From assembly GCA_043820105.1 (NCBI GenBank), contig JBDREC010000012.1, positions 1-64,000 on the forward strand: a DNA stretch of 64,000 nucleotides, given 5' to 3'. Positions 1 to 9,629 of this stretch are shown piece by piece (position 1 is the stretch's first letter; every line of letters starts with the position of its first letter). A model generated the notes under the pieces. The model was not told the origin of the DNA, ran no database searches, and worked only from the letters and a program-made list of their open reading frames with translations. The position numbers were made by a program, and so were the translations under genes. The DNA is from Pseudomonadota bacterium (lineage in GTDB: Bacteria > Bdellovibrionota_F > JAHFAK01 > JBDREC01).

Positions 1-151
1 ATGAAACCATTGGATTAATCTTAGGATTATGATTATGATTAGGATTAAGATGAGGTTAATGATTTTTTGTGCTCTTCTTCTCAGATTTAACTGAAAACTG
101 CTGCTCTATTGTTTAGGTATTCAAATTGGAGATGATCCATATTTTTAATTT

Positions 152-2182
152 TTATTTCTTAGCAGCTTCTCCTGGTTTTTTCTTCCCATAAGCTTCTCCT
201 CTAGCTTCTAGTGCTTTCTTTGCTTCTTCTTCAGGACCTCTTGCCTGTCTTTCAAGCAGTCTTTCTTCAGCTGTAAGACCATCTTCAGCTAAAACTCTTG
301 CAGCGAGAGTATCTGCTTTCAAATCAATTGCAGCAATATCTCCTGGAGCTGATGGAAGTTCTAAACTAGGGCCTTCTTTGGTTGGATGGCTTCTTTTAAA
401 GGCAGCTTCATAAGCATCTCTTCCAAAAGTTTTAATAGCTTGGTCTTGTCCAAAAACTTCCTTAACCAATGCTATTAATGGAGTATCTAAATGACCAAAC
501 AAAGCCTCTTTTCCATGCTTGAGAATTATTTCCATACTTCTTTTTAAGAGCTGCTGTCTTCTTGGAGTAAGTTGGCCTCCTTGATAAATTATAACAGCAG
601 AAAAGCTTTTTATCCACATTGCTAGTCTTTGTACCTCTACTTCTTCTAATGAGCCAGATCTATCTAAGGAAGTTATTAAAAGATACAAAGTATTGACATC
701 ATAACTACCAAGATTAAGATTTTCTGCAAACACCTCTGGTCCATAAAATGCAATCTTATTTGCTACTGAATCAATAAAAGAAAATGCCTTTAATGAATCA
801 ACTTCCTTTCCTGTTATGCCTTCTTTAAACATTAAATCATGCATTGTTCTGGCTTGATAAGTTAGTTCTGAATCTTCTGAGAAAGCAATAGCCTCAATTG
901 CATTTTTCAATCTAAATCTCAGAGCCTCACTAATCTTCCACTCTCTTTCCAATTCAGCGCTATCTGATCTTGCTTCTGATAAATATTCCACTAATATTCC
1001 TGTTTTAAGTAAGTAGCGGTCTATAATATTAAGTGCTGCGAATTGAAGTCTTGTTGCTTTATAGTTTTCCAGTACAAATAGCATGGAAGCCATGATTCTG
1101 TTAATATTCTGTCTTAGAAAACTGTCAGCCATTGCTTTGTGATCATAGCGAAAAAGATTTAAATGAGTAGAAATGGCAATGAGTAAAATAGAAACAGAAT
1201 GAGCATCTGTTCTATTTAAATATTGCATTACTTGAGCTCTTGCAGTTTGCATTCTTTTTTGTACTTCGGATTTTTCTCTATCTGTGCCAACTTCACTCAT
1301 ATAAACATCTGATTCAAGATTCCATAGGTTTTGAAAAATTTCATAGAGGTCAATTTCAAGCCGCTTTTCTTCTATAAAGAATCTTAAACTATCATCTTTA
1401 GGCAAGTCAGCATAAACTTCATCTACTAGACCCCAAACAGCGGTGTTTCTTTTTAAAAGTTTACCATTTAGTGCTTCTTGTGACGCTTGCCTTACTTCAG
1501 GATATGGACTTCTCAGAGCATTAATTAAACCCAGCAAAACCTCATCAGCTGAATATTCAAGCATTGAAGTCTTTAATTCTTCCAGAGCAATTAATTGTAA
1601 AGTTTTAATAAGAGTATCGCCAAGCTCAGCATCCTTTATTTGATCAACATCTTCCAAACCTAAAACCACTAACATCTGCCTTGTCTCTTCAGGTTTATTC
1701 TTTGCGAACTCAAAGGCATCTTCAAGCTTTTCTTCATCAATAAACATGAGGTTTATTAAAAAATTATACAAATGCAAAGCCTTATTCTGCCTTGGATGAT
1801 CTTTTATTGCATAGACCATTAGAGCATTAAGATATAAATCTTCAGAAGAAGCTATCTGCATAAAAATACGATCAATAGCTTCTAAATTACGCCACTGATC
1901 AGTTATTCTAACATAATGCTTAAAAAGCTCCACATCCTCTAAATCATATGCATTAATTCTATCCTTTAACAATAGAAACCCTTGTACAACCAGCTCTTCA
2001 GGTATTTGCACATCCTGAAATTCAAGCACAGCCTTTTCTAATTGTGTGCTTGTACTTTCTGGATTTCCAATAATTTCAAGGGCCTCTTCTTGACTTTTTG
2101 TAAGCCCATAGACCTGATAAACAAAAATAAATAAAAAAGCAGAAATTACCAAAAAAATTATCGCTGACTTAAGTTTTACCAC
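152..2182 (-). CDS. Exported alpha-helical hypothetical protein, paralog 1 of a 4-gene array
   Basis: 676-aa ORF with GTG start and AGGAG RBS; N-terminal signal peptide; shares motifs (FAALNIIDRYL, YQA, FIDSVANKI, C-terminal ARGEAYGKKKPGEAAKK) with three neighbours. Confidence 0.85.
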   Translation of the reverse strand: MVKLKSAIIFLVISAFLFIFVYQVYGLTKSQEEALEIIGNPESTSTQLEKAVLEFQDVQIPEELVVQGFLLLKDRINAYDLEDVELFKHYVRITDQWRNLEAIDRIFMQIASSEDLYLNALMVYAIKDHPRQNKALHLYNFLINLMFIDEEKLEDAFEFAKNKPEETRQMLVVLGLEDVDQIKDAELGDTLIKTLQLIALEELKTSMLEYSADEVLLGLINALRSPYPEVRQASQEALNGKLLKRNTAVWGLVDEVYADLPKDDSLRFFIEEKRLEIDLYEIFQNLWNLESDVYMSEVGTDREKSEVQKRMQTARAQVMQYLNRTDAHSVSILLIAISTHLNLFRYDHKAMADSFLRQNINRIMASMLFVLENYKATRLQFAALNIIDRYLLKTGILVEYLSEARSDSAELEREWKISEALRFRLKNAIEAIAFSEDSELTYQARTMHDLMFKEGITGKEVDSLKAFSFIDSVANKIAFYGPEVFAENLNLGSYDVNTLYLLITSLDRSGSLEEVEVQRLAMWIKSFSAVIIYQGGQLTPRRQQLLKRSMEIILKHGKEALFGHLDTPLIALVKEVFGQDQAIKTFGRDAYEAAFKRSHPTKEGPSLELPSAPGDIAAIDLKADTLAARVLAEDGLTAEERLLERQARGPEEEAKKALEARGEAYGKKKPGEAAKK

Positions 2183-2271
2183 GAGTTGTGTCTCCTTAAT
2201 TAATTATTAATTATTGATTATTATTTATTCCCCCTCTTAAAACCAATCAATTCCCAATTCTCAATTTATTC

Positions 2272-4377
2272 TCATTTCTTCCCAGCCTTTTCCCCAGGCT
2301 TACCTTTTCCATACCCTTCTCCCCTTGCTCTAAGTGCTTCTCTTGCTCTTTCCAAAGCAGGATCAACAGGCTCTCCTCTTTCAGCCAATTCTTCTATTAC
2401 ACGATCCATACCTCTTTCCGCAGCAACTGTTCTTGCGTCAAGCTCATGTGGAGCAATCTCTTCTGCTTTAGGCAAAGATAACTCTTCAACACTTCTAGTC
2501 CTAAAATCCAAGGACCGATCAGCATCCCAATTGCCCCTTACAAATAAATCATCAGCAAGTTCAACTCCAAAAGATCTTGTGACTAAGGTTTTCAAAGTCT
2601 CATCAGTGCAATACACCATGTCGCCCTGCCTTACCCTAAGAAGCTTTTCAGCGGATACTCTAAAACTTTTCTTTGTATTTGAACTTAATGCTTCTCCACT
2701 AAACATAGAAGCTTTTAAAAACTGGCTTGCCCAGCGTGATACTTCTTCAATAGGGATATTTTGCAAAAGCTCACTTTGTTCTAAAGATTCTAAAAGTATT
2801 AAAGCACTGCCAATTTCAAAGCCAGCTAATCCAAGATCCATTGAAAAAACTTCAGGACCCCAAAATTCAAGCCTTAAAGCAATACTATCTATTAGGCTTA
2901 AATATCTAAGCTCACCTAAAGTCGATTCTCTGATCCCTTCATGTACTGATAGTCCTTTTAATTGTCTTAATATTAAATCTGCTTGATAAGATATATCCTC
3001 GCCTTTTATTGCAACTACAGCTTCAAGCGCTGAAAGAAGTCTTTCAACTCTTTCTGCTTCTAAATTCCATCTTCTTTCTTGAAGTCTATCCGCTCCATCA
3101 CTGGAGTTAATTGGAACAAAATTAAGGATAACTTGATCTACAAGCAAGAATCTATGCAAAATATCCAAGGCTAAAAACTGAGCTCTGCCTGATTTATAGG
3201 CTTCCAAAAGAAAAATACAAGAGTCTGCAAGATCTTTTGCATTTGCCCGTGCAAAAGCCAAAGCTTGTCCAGGATAACTTGCTTTAAAAGCTGTTAAATG
3301 TAAATCAAGAGCTAAACCTAAAACAATGGAAGGTTCCACTTCATGTGATCTGATAATAGTCATGGTTTTGGCATAATTGCCCTCTAATGCACCTATTGAA
3401 GCAAGGGATCTTTCTGGTCCCCGAATTAAGTCAAGTGCTTGAAATCCTCTTGTACCTGCAGTGCTAGATCTTTCAAGCTTTGCCTTTTGAACTCTTGCAT
3501 GAGTTTCTATATAAGCTATATGAAGCTTTACAAAAAGACTTTCTAAAAGACCTGTGCCTATTCTCATATTCAAATATTCAACTAAAACAGGCTGATTAAC
3601 TTCTTTTTGTAAGGCGCGAAATTCATATAAATTAAGCCTAGTATTGGTCCGTAAAACCTCTAATCCTCTTTCTCTAACTTCTTCATAAGCAGTCCTGTCA
3701 ACAAGATATTCTAAAACTAAAAGATCCTTATGAGCTGAAGTCTTTCCTCTTAGGACTTCCATTGCTGTAAGTTGAGCAGCAATTAAAACAAGTTCTTGCA
3801 CTTCATATTCTGCAACCTCAACATCAAGTTTTTCAAATATTTCATTAAGAGCAAACATTGTTTTTTCAGTTTGAGATGCGTAAAATTCAGGACCAATATA
3901 AGTAACCTGATCTCCATACCCTCTTTTCAAACCTACAGTTGCACTTAATAAATCAACAGCTTTTGGTAAAATATCTTGTCCTCTAAGCCTTGGCATTTTA
4001 TCAAGTTCAATTAAAACAAAGGCATTTAATAAAAAATCAGAACTACTTAAAAGGCCATCATAAATTGCCCCAATTTGTGCATAATCACCCCATGTATAAG
4101 TGACTTCTATAAACTTTTTTAAAAGATCTCTACCATCAGAGCTATAAAAATCTATTTCCTCAAATGCTATTACAAAAGCCTCAACTACTTCAGCTGGAAT
4201 ATGTGAAAAATCACTAAAAGCATCCATCGCTTCTTCTAAATCAGCAGCATCAGCATCCCCACTTCTCAAAGTTTGTAATGCTTCCCTTTCGTATTCATCC
4301 AAAGGAATTGAATATACATTTTGAAATAAAAAGGTTAAACATAATGTAATTAATAAGAATATTTTCATCTTGTTCAT
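2272..4377 (-). CDS. Exported alpha-helical hypothetical protein, paralog 2
   Basis: 701-aa ORF; signal peptide ending NVYS; motifs FLALDILHRFL, YQA, LIDSIALRL; C-terminal ARGEGYGKGKPGEKAGKK. Confidence 0.85.
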   Translation of the reverse strand: MNKMKIFLLITLCLTFLFQNVYSIPLDEYEREALQTLRSGDADAADLEEAMDAFSDFSHIPAEVVEAFVIAFEEIDFYSSDGRDLLKKFIEVTYTWGDYAQIGAIYDGLLSSSDFLLNAFVLIELDKMPRLRGQDILPKAVDLLSATVGLKRGYGDQVTYIGPEFYASQTEKTMFALNEIFEKLDVEVAEYEVQELVLIAAQLTAMEVLRGKTSAHKDLLVLEYLVDRTAYEEVRERGLEVLRTNTRLNLYEFRALQKEVNQPVLVEYLNMRIGTGLLESLFVKLHIAYIETHARVQKAKLERSSTAGTRGFQALDLIRGPERSLASIGALEGNYAKTMTIIRSHEVEPSIVLGLALDLHLTAFKASYPGQALAFARANAKDLADSCIFLLEAYKSGRAQFLALDILHRFLLVDQVILNFVPINSSDGADRLQERRWNLEAERVERLLSALEAVVAIKGEDISYQADLILRQLKGLSVHEGIRESTLGELRYLSLIDSIALRLEFWGPEVFSMDLGLAGFEIGSALILLESLEQSELLQNIPIEEVSRWASQFLKASMFSGEALSSNTKKSFRVSAEKLLRVRQGDMVYCTDETLKTLVTRSFGVELADDLFVRGNWDADRSLDFRTRSVEELSLPKAEEIAPHELDARTVAAERGMDRVIEELAERGEPVDPALERAREALRARGEGYGKGKPGEKAGKK

Positions 4378-4422
4378 TTGGCACCCACTGTTTTATTAAA
4401 CATATTTTTTTAAATCCCCCTT

Positions 4423-4478
4423 CTTGTTCTCTTGTTCTCTTGCGCTCTTGTTCTCTTGCGCTCTTGCCCCCTTGTTCC
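4423..4478 (+). repeat. Tandem 8-bp repeat (CTTGTTCT/CTTGCGCT/CTTGTTCC) x7
   Basis: Read directly; same family at about 26264-26320, 28223-28249, 37238-37270 and 55140-55177, and reverse-complemented at about 40361-40420 and 41428-41462. Confidence 0.9.
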
Positions 4479-5903
4479 CTACTTCTTAACTTCCCCTGGT
4501 TTTTCCCTGTATCCATCAGTTCTTTCTAATCTTGCTTTTGCTCTTTCTTCTGCATCAACTCGAGGTCTTTCTAATTCTCCTGCTGCTTCAGCACTTTCTC
4601 TAGTAGCTTCAATAGTTCTTGAATCAATATCAACAGAACCTGGCTCTTGCCCCAAAGATAAAGAATCTAATTTTAAATTCGAAACGTCATAGGCTCTTTT
4701 AGGATGTTCTGAAAAAACATCTCTTTCAGCAAACAATCTTTCTAAAGCACTCCTGGTATCTGGATTTTCATCTAACCAATCATCAGGGATTTCAAAAAAA
4801 GCATTTCTTTCTAAAGCTCTTTCAAGCATGCTATTTAGTTCTATATCATTTAGTTCACCAAGATCCTTTGCTCTGGCAGGAACAATATGATATCTTAAAA
4901 GAATCCAGAGGGCTTCTGAAGTTTTTTTATGATGCTCTTGACCTTCTAACATTTCGTATAAAGTTAAAAACTGTTTTGACCAATATCCGACCTGCTTTAC
5001 ATCTAAATCTAAAAATCCCCAGGACCTTCTTAATATATCAGCCATTGCCATAGCTGTATAAATTTCATATGAAAGACTTGTGGAATCTAGATGAAGGAAT
5101 CTTTGCTTTAAAATATTTATTTTTGTTGCTAGACTGTCAATATATAGAAAATATTGAAGTCGTCTTATTTCATATTGACCAAGCTCAAGTGGATCAAGTA
5201 ATTTTCTAAGTAATAAAGCCTGAAAATAATATATACTATCTCCTTCAGGAGCAAACCTATCTAGAATTTCTCTCATTTGCTGGCGAGATTCGGGGTCAAG
5301 TCTATCCATAAAGTCTAATTCTTTAGGCTTATAGCTAATACTAAATCCGCTAAGCTCTTTTGGACTCACAAGATATCTGTGAATTATATCAAGAACCATG
5401 AATTTTACAAAAGGAGAATTTTCAGCATTTATTAGTTTGGTCAATTCTAGAAAATCATCATAGTGTGAACTAATAAATTTTTGTGCTCCACCAACTAAGG
5501 CCCCATCTTTTTTACTTTCCCCTGGAGGATCTGAATAATATCTTCTGAAAGCCCTTAAATGATTATCAATTGCCAGCAAAAGCTCAGTTTTTGGATCAGT
5601 TAATCTCTGATCTACAATTATAAGTACTTGTTCATAATCTTTTACAAGAGTTTGCACTGGAATTAAAGGACCATTATGACCACGTTGCAAAAAGGGAATA
5701 GGAAACCTTCCTTGTTCTCTATACATTCTCATAAAAGAAGGAGAATGTTCTTCTACTGTTTTCATGAAAGCTTCATGAACCTTAACAAATAATTCCCTTA
5801 ATCGAGCTTCTTCTTCTGAAAGGTGACTTGAAAATAATTTAGCAGAAGAAATAAAATTAAAAAGAAATATAAATAGTATTACTGTTAGTTTAAATTTAGG
5901 CAT
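4479..5903 (-). CDS. Exported hypothetical protein, paralog 3 (short form lacking the N-terminal domain)
   Basis: ATG at 5903 (MPKFKL...) after GGGGA; signal peptide; motifs FMVLDIIHRYL, FQA, YIDSLATKI; C-terminal GYREKPGEVKK. Confidence 0.85.
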   Translation of the reverse strand: MPKFKLTVILFIFLFNFISSAKLFSSHLSEEEARLRELFVKVHEAFMKTVEEHSPSFMRMYREQGRFPIPFLQRGHNGPLIPVQTLVKDYEQVLIIVDQRLTDPKTELLLAIDNHLRAFRRYYSDPPGESKKDGALVGGAQKFISSHYDDFLELTKLINAENSPFVKFMVLDIIHRYLVSPKELSGFSISYKPKELDFMDRLDPESRQQMREILDRFAPEGDSIYYFQALLLRKLLDPLELGQYEIRRLQYFLYIDSLATKINILKQRFLHLDSTSLSYEIYTAMAMADILRRSWGFLDLDVKQVGYWSKQFLTLYEMLEGQEHHKKTSEALWILLRYHIVPARAKDLGELNDIELNSMLERALERNAFFEIPDDWLDENPDTRSALERLFAERDVFSEHPKRAYDVSNLKLDSLSLGQEPGSVDIDSRTIEATRESAEAAGELERPRVDAEERAKARLERTDGYREKPGEVKK

Positions 5904-5953
5904 AGTCACATCCCCGTACAAATTAATTAAATAATTTGTTTCTTTTAGATATG

Positions 5954-6031
5954 AACCCTAAATTTAGCCATAAGAAATAAAAAAATAATTTTCGATGCTT
6001 TGCATATCATAAGATTATACACCGTGTCAAG
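5954..6031 (-). promoter_or_regulatory. Putative sigma70-type promoter with downstream conserved box, upstream of paralog 3
   Basis: Minus strand CTTGACACGGTG-N13-TATGCAA followed by AAATTTAGGGTT; the same blocks recur at 8287-8358. Confidence 0.6.
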
Positions 6032-6032
6032 A

Positions 6033-6143
6033 AAAGAGAACTAAAGCGCATGGGAACAAGAGCACCAGTCACCAGGACACCAGATCGCCAGAACACAGAC
6101 TGCTGCACTGAATACTGAATACCGAATACTGAATACCAAATAC
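6033..6143 (+). repeat. Mixed short tandem repeats (GAACAAG-, CACCAG- and GAATACT-type)
   Basis: ctgaatactgaataccgaatactgaataccaaatac at 6107-6143, preceded by caccag repeats. Confidence 0.8.
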
Positions 6144-8252
6144 TTATTTCTTCACCTTTCCCGGCTCTCTTTCACCATATCCTCTGGCTCTTACTTCTAA
6201 GGCAGTCTTTGCAATTTCCTCAGCAGTACCAAGTGAGACAACTTCTTTTGGTGCTCTAACACCTATTTCTTCAGCTTTTGCACTTGCTAAAGTCCTTGGA
6301 TCAAGGTCAATAGGGTCTGCTAACTCACCTTGAGCAATTGCTTCCAGGCCAATCGGATCTCTATGATCAGTTTCACTTAGTCTAGGAATTTGCGAAGGTT
6401 CAGAAATGTTACGGGCCCCATGATTTCCATTAAAAACATCAATTAAAAAGGACTCTGCAAAAACTTTTGAAGCAAGTGTCCTTAGACTAGGATCCTTAAA
6501 AGTCTTAAGATCTGAGCTTTTTGCTTCCAACAATCTTTTTGCTGTTGAAGCTAGAATGAATTTTTCATGTGCAAATATTGCATCAGGTAAAGCCTCCCGA
6601 AACATTAAAACCTCTTTTACCCAAAAAGCTACTTGCCTTACTTCAAGATCCTTTAACTGGCCCAGTCTATGCATTTCATTGACTGTATTTAAAAGAGCCT
6701 GGATCTCATTACCACCAAGACCAACTGAAGCCTCCACATAGCCATCACCAAAATATTTTAGTTTATTAACCATTCCATCAACAAACAATATTCTGGTCCA
6801 AAATTTAAACTCCCCGGGACTTTGTCTTTGTGGACTCATTAGAACCAGCAATGATCTGGCCTGAAATGACAGATCTGATTCAGGTATTCCCATAATTCCA
6901 GCTAAGGCTGTAGTTAAGCGAATTCTCTTGGCTTCCTCTATTCTTTCTTGTCTATTGCTATCTTCAACTGACGGATTATAACTACGATTTTCTTGTGTCA
7001 TATCTTTTGGATTAAGAATATATCTGTGAAGAATATCAAGCGCTAAATATCTAACTCTTGCTGAACGATAGTTCTCTAACATAATTAACACAATATCCGT
7101 TAATTCACCATGCCTTGTTTCAAAGAAAGCACTCGTTTCTGCTCCAAAACTGCTTTTATAAATCATCAGGTATCTATCAATTGCTAAGCTTAAAATTACC
7201 ACAGGATCAGCTTCTCTTGCTTCTAATATTCTCCTGGTTTCTTCATAATTATCCCGGACAGCTCTAACTGGAATTTTAAATCCTTCAGGGCTTAATAAAA
7301 ATTCAATGCCACCCTCTGGATCTACAAATACTCTACCTTTCTGAGTTTTATATGCTTTTAATCTTGCACTTACAGCTTCTTTATAAGCTCTATTAATATC
7401 ATCAAAAAAGAGTCTCAGTCTATTTTCAATTAATTTTCTTTGAATAAAGTCTTTTAAGTCTTGATCCTGACCTTCTTCCAGCTTATCTAAAATATCTAAT
7501 AATGCTCTGTTTGAAAGCTGAGGACTATTAATTAAAGCTTCTTTAGTCTTTTGCCTCACTTCATCAAAGGGCGAACTTGCATGTAAAAGTTCAACAAGAA
7601 CTAAGGATTTATCAGGCATCATTCTTCTTTCGTGCAATGTTTTAATTGCTTGAAGTTGAGATGCTATAATTATTAAATCTCTTAAACCATAATTAGGAAC
7701 TTCCATACCCATATTTCTAAAAAGTTCACTTACAAGCTCAGAAGCCTGCGTTTCTTTTCCTTGCACAAAATCTTCATAGAAATCTACGTCTTCAGTTTTT
7801 GCCTGCCTTATTTTTTCACTTTGACCCAGGATATGGTTGATACCTGTTTCTAAATATACCTCAGAAACAGTTAAAGCAACTAACAATAAATCCTCACTGG
7901 TATTAAGCTCTGAAATAAGCCATTCAAACTCTTGAATAGTTGTATAGTGAATTATCGTGTTAATAAATTTCCTATAAACCGGTCTTTGTTCTGGATCATA
8001 AATATCAATTCTTTCAACAAGATCTGATAAGGCATCAATATGCTCTCCAGTTATCCTTCTACCAGGCACATAAAGATCAAGAGCCTCACTGATTTGCTCT
8101 GCAGTACTATTAGGATTATTTAAAATACTTAAAGCATCCTTTTCCCATTTTTGGGTAGCTGAAAAGGAATTAGTAAAAAATAAGTTTAATGAAGATAAAA
8201 TGATAAATAGCCATAAAATTTTAGAGTTGCGCATAAGAATCCCATTTCCCAT
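6144..8252 (-). CDS. Exported alpha-helical hypothetical protein, paralog 4
   Basis: 702-aa ORF (alternative start 8234); signal peptide ending NSFS; motifs YLALDILHRYI, FQA, FVDGMVNKL; C-terminal ARGYGEREPGKVKK. Confidence 0.85.
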   Translation of the reverse strand: MGNGILMRNSKILWLFIILSSLNLFFTNSFSATQKWEKDALSILNNPNSTAEQISEALDLYVPGRRITGEHIDALSDLVERIDIYDPEQRPVYRKFINTIIHYTTIQEFEWLISELNTSEDLLLVALTVSEVYLETGINHILGQSEKIRQAKTEDVDFYEDFVQGKETQASELVSELFRNMGMEVPNYGLRDLIIIASQLQAIKTLHERRMMPDKSLVLVELLHASSPFDEVRQKTKEALINSPQLSNRALLDILDKLEEGQDQDLKDFIQRKLIENRLRLFFDDINRAYKEAVSARLKAYKTQKGRVFVDPEGGIEFLLSPEGFKIPVRAVRDNYEETRRILEAREADPVVILSLAIDRYLMIYKSSFGAETSAFFETRHGELTDIVLIMLENYRSARVRYLALDILHRYILNPKDMTQENRSYNPSVEDSNRQERIEEAKRIRLTTALAGIMGIPESDLSFQARSLLVLMSPQRQSPGEFKFWTRILFVDGMVNKLKYFGDGYVEASVGLGGNEIQALLNTVNEMHRLGQLKDLEVRQVAFWVKEVLMFREALPDAIFAHEKFILASTAKRLLEAKSSDLKTFKDPSLRTLASKVFAESFLIDVFNGNHGARNISEPSQIPRLSETDHRDPIGLEAIAQGELADPIDLDPRTLASAKAEEIGVRAPKEVVSLGTAEEIAKTALEVRARGYGEREPGKVKK

Positions 8253-8286
8253 ATTAATAATAGTATAATTTGTTTCTTAAGTAGTT

Positions 8287-8358
8287 AACCCTAAATTTGG
8301 CATTTAGATTTGTATCTTTAGACGCCTTGCATAACATAATTTCTTGCACCGTGTCAAG
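8287..8358 (-). promoter_or_regulatory. Putative promoter with conserved box upstream of paralog 4 (copy of 5954-6031)
   Basis: Minus strand CTTGACACGGTG-N13-TATGCAA ... AAATTTAGGGTT. Confidence 0.6.
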
Positions 8359-8446
8359 TTTAATTCTATCCCAATTTTCATTCATTGACATTCAATAAAA
8401 TCTCTGTCTTTATTAAAACCCATGTAAAACCTCTTATTGGACATTC

Positions 8447-9514
8447 ATGAAAGCCCTTCTGACACTTGAAAATAATATAACTTTTAAAACTGATGTTTTT
8501 GGATATGAAAAATCTTGTGCAGGTGAAGTTGTCTTTAATACTGGAATGGTTGGATATCCTGAATCCTTAACAGATCCATCCTATACTGGTCAAATTCTAA
8601 CTTTCACCTATCCTTTAATTGGAAATTATAAAGCCCCTAATTTTGATAAAGATGAATATGGATTAGCAAAGTTTTGCGAATCATCAATGATCCACCCCAC
8701 TGCAATTATAGTTAGTGAACATTGCCAAAATCCTTCTCATTGGAAAAACACCGAAAAACTTAATAATTGGCTTTTTGACAATAAAATTCCTGGCCTTTAT
8801 GGAATTGATACAAGGAAACTTACAAAAATCTTACGTGAGCATGGAACCATGCTTGGCAAGATTGAAATTGATGAAAAGCTTGATTTTGTTGATCCAAACA
8901 AGGAAAACCTTGTAGCGAATGTTTCTAGAAAAGATGTGCTTAAAATTGGAAAAGGCTCAAAGAAAATCATTGTTATTGATTGTGGGATTAAGAATAATAT
9001 TATTAGGAATTTGCTTAAACTTGATTTTAATTTAAAGATTGTACCCTGGGATTATGATTTTACTAATGAAGATTATGATGGATTGTTTATTTCAAATGGG
9101 CCAGGTGATCCAAAGATGTGCGAAAAGACTATTTTGCATCTTAAAAAAGCAATGGAAATCAAAAAACCAATTTTTGGTATTTGTCTGGGCCATCAGCTTT
9201 TGGCTCTGGCTAGCTCAGCTGAAACGTACAAACTAAAATACGGACATAGAAGCCATAATCAACCATGTGCACTAAAAAATGGCAAAGGATATATTACCTC
9301 TCAAAATCATGGTTTTGCTGTTGCTTCAAATACCATCCCAAATGATTGGGAAGAATATTTTTATAATGCTAATGATAATACAAATGAAGGAATAAAGCAC
9401 AAGAAATTACCTTTTTTTTCAGTGCAGTTTCATCCAGAGGCTTGTGCAGGTCCAATGGACACTGAATGGCTCTTTAATGAGTTTGAGACGAGTATAAAAA
9501 ACATTAATTATTAA
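8447..9514 (+). CDS. carA: Carbamoyl-phosphate synthase small subunit
   Basis: GEVVFNTGMVGYPESLTDPSY, SNGPGDP, GICLGHQ, SVQFHPEA. Confidence 0.97.
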   Translation: MKALLTLENNITFKTDVFGYEKSCAGEVVFNTGMVGYPESLTDPSYTGQILTFTYPLIGNYKAPNFDKDEYGLAKFCESSMIHPTAIIVSEHCQNPSHWKNTEKLNNWLFDNKIPGLYGIDTRKLTKILREHGTMLGKIEIDEKLDFVDPNKENLVANVSRKDVLKIGKGSKKIIVIDCGIKNNIIRNLLKLDFNLKIVPWDYDFTNEDYDGLFISNGPGDPKMCEKTILHLKKAMEIKKPIFGICLGHQLLALASSAETYKLKYGHRSHNQPCALKNGKGYITSQNHGFAVASNTIPNDWEEYFYNANDNTNEGIKHKKLPFFSVQFHPEACAGPMDTEWLFNEFETSIKNINY

Positions 9515-9629
9515 TTATTAATTGTTAATTATTGGTTATTTTTTGTTTCGTGCAGTCAGTATAAAATAATTAATAAGTAATAAATAATAATTAATAATTA
9601 ATGAGTGGGAAAAGAAGAAGATTAAAACA

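Noticed and set aside
4295-4516. 73-aa ORF with REQE repeats
   Set aside because: Translation of the 8-bp intergenic repeat; overlaps two real genes
8298-8314. sigma54-like motif TGGCAT...TTGTA upstream of carA
   Set aside because: Spacing is one base too long, and it overlaps the conserved box of the paralog promoter
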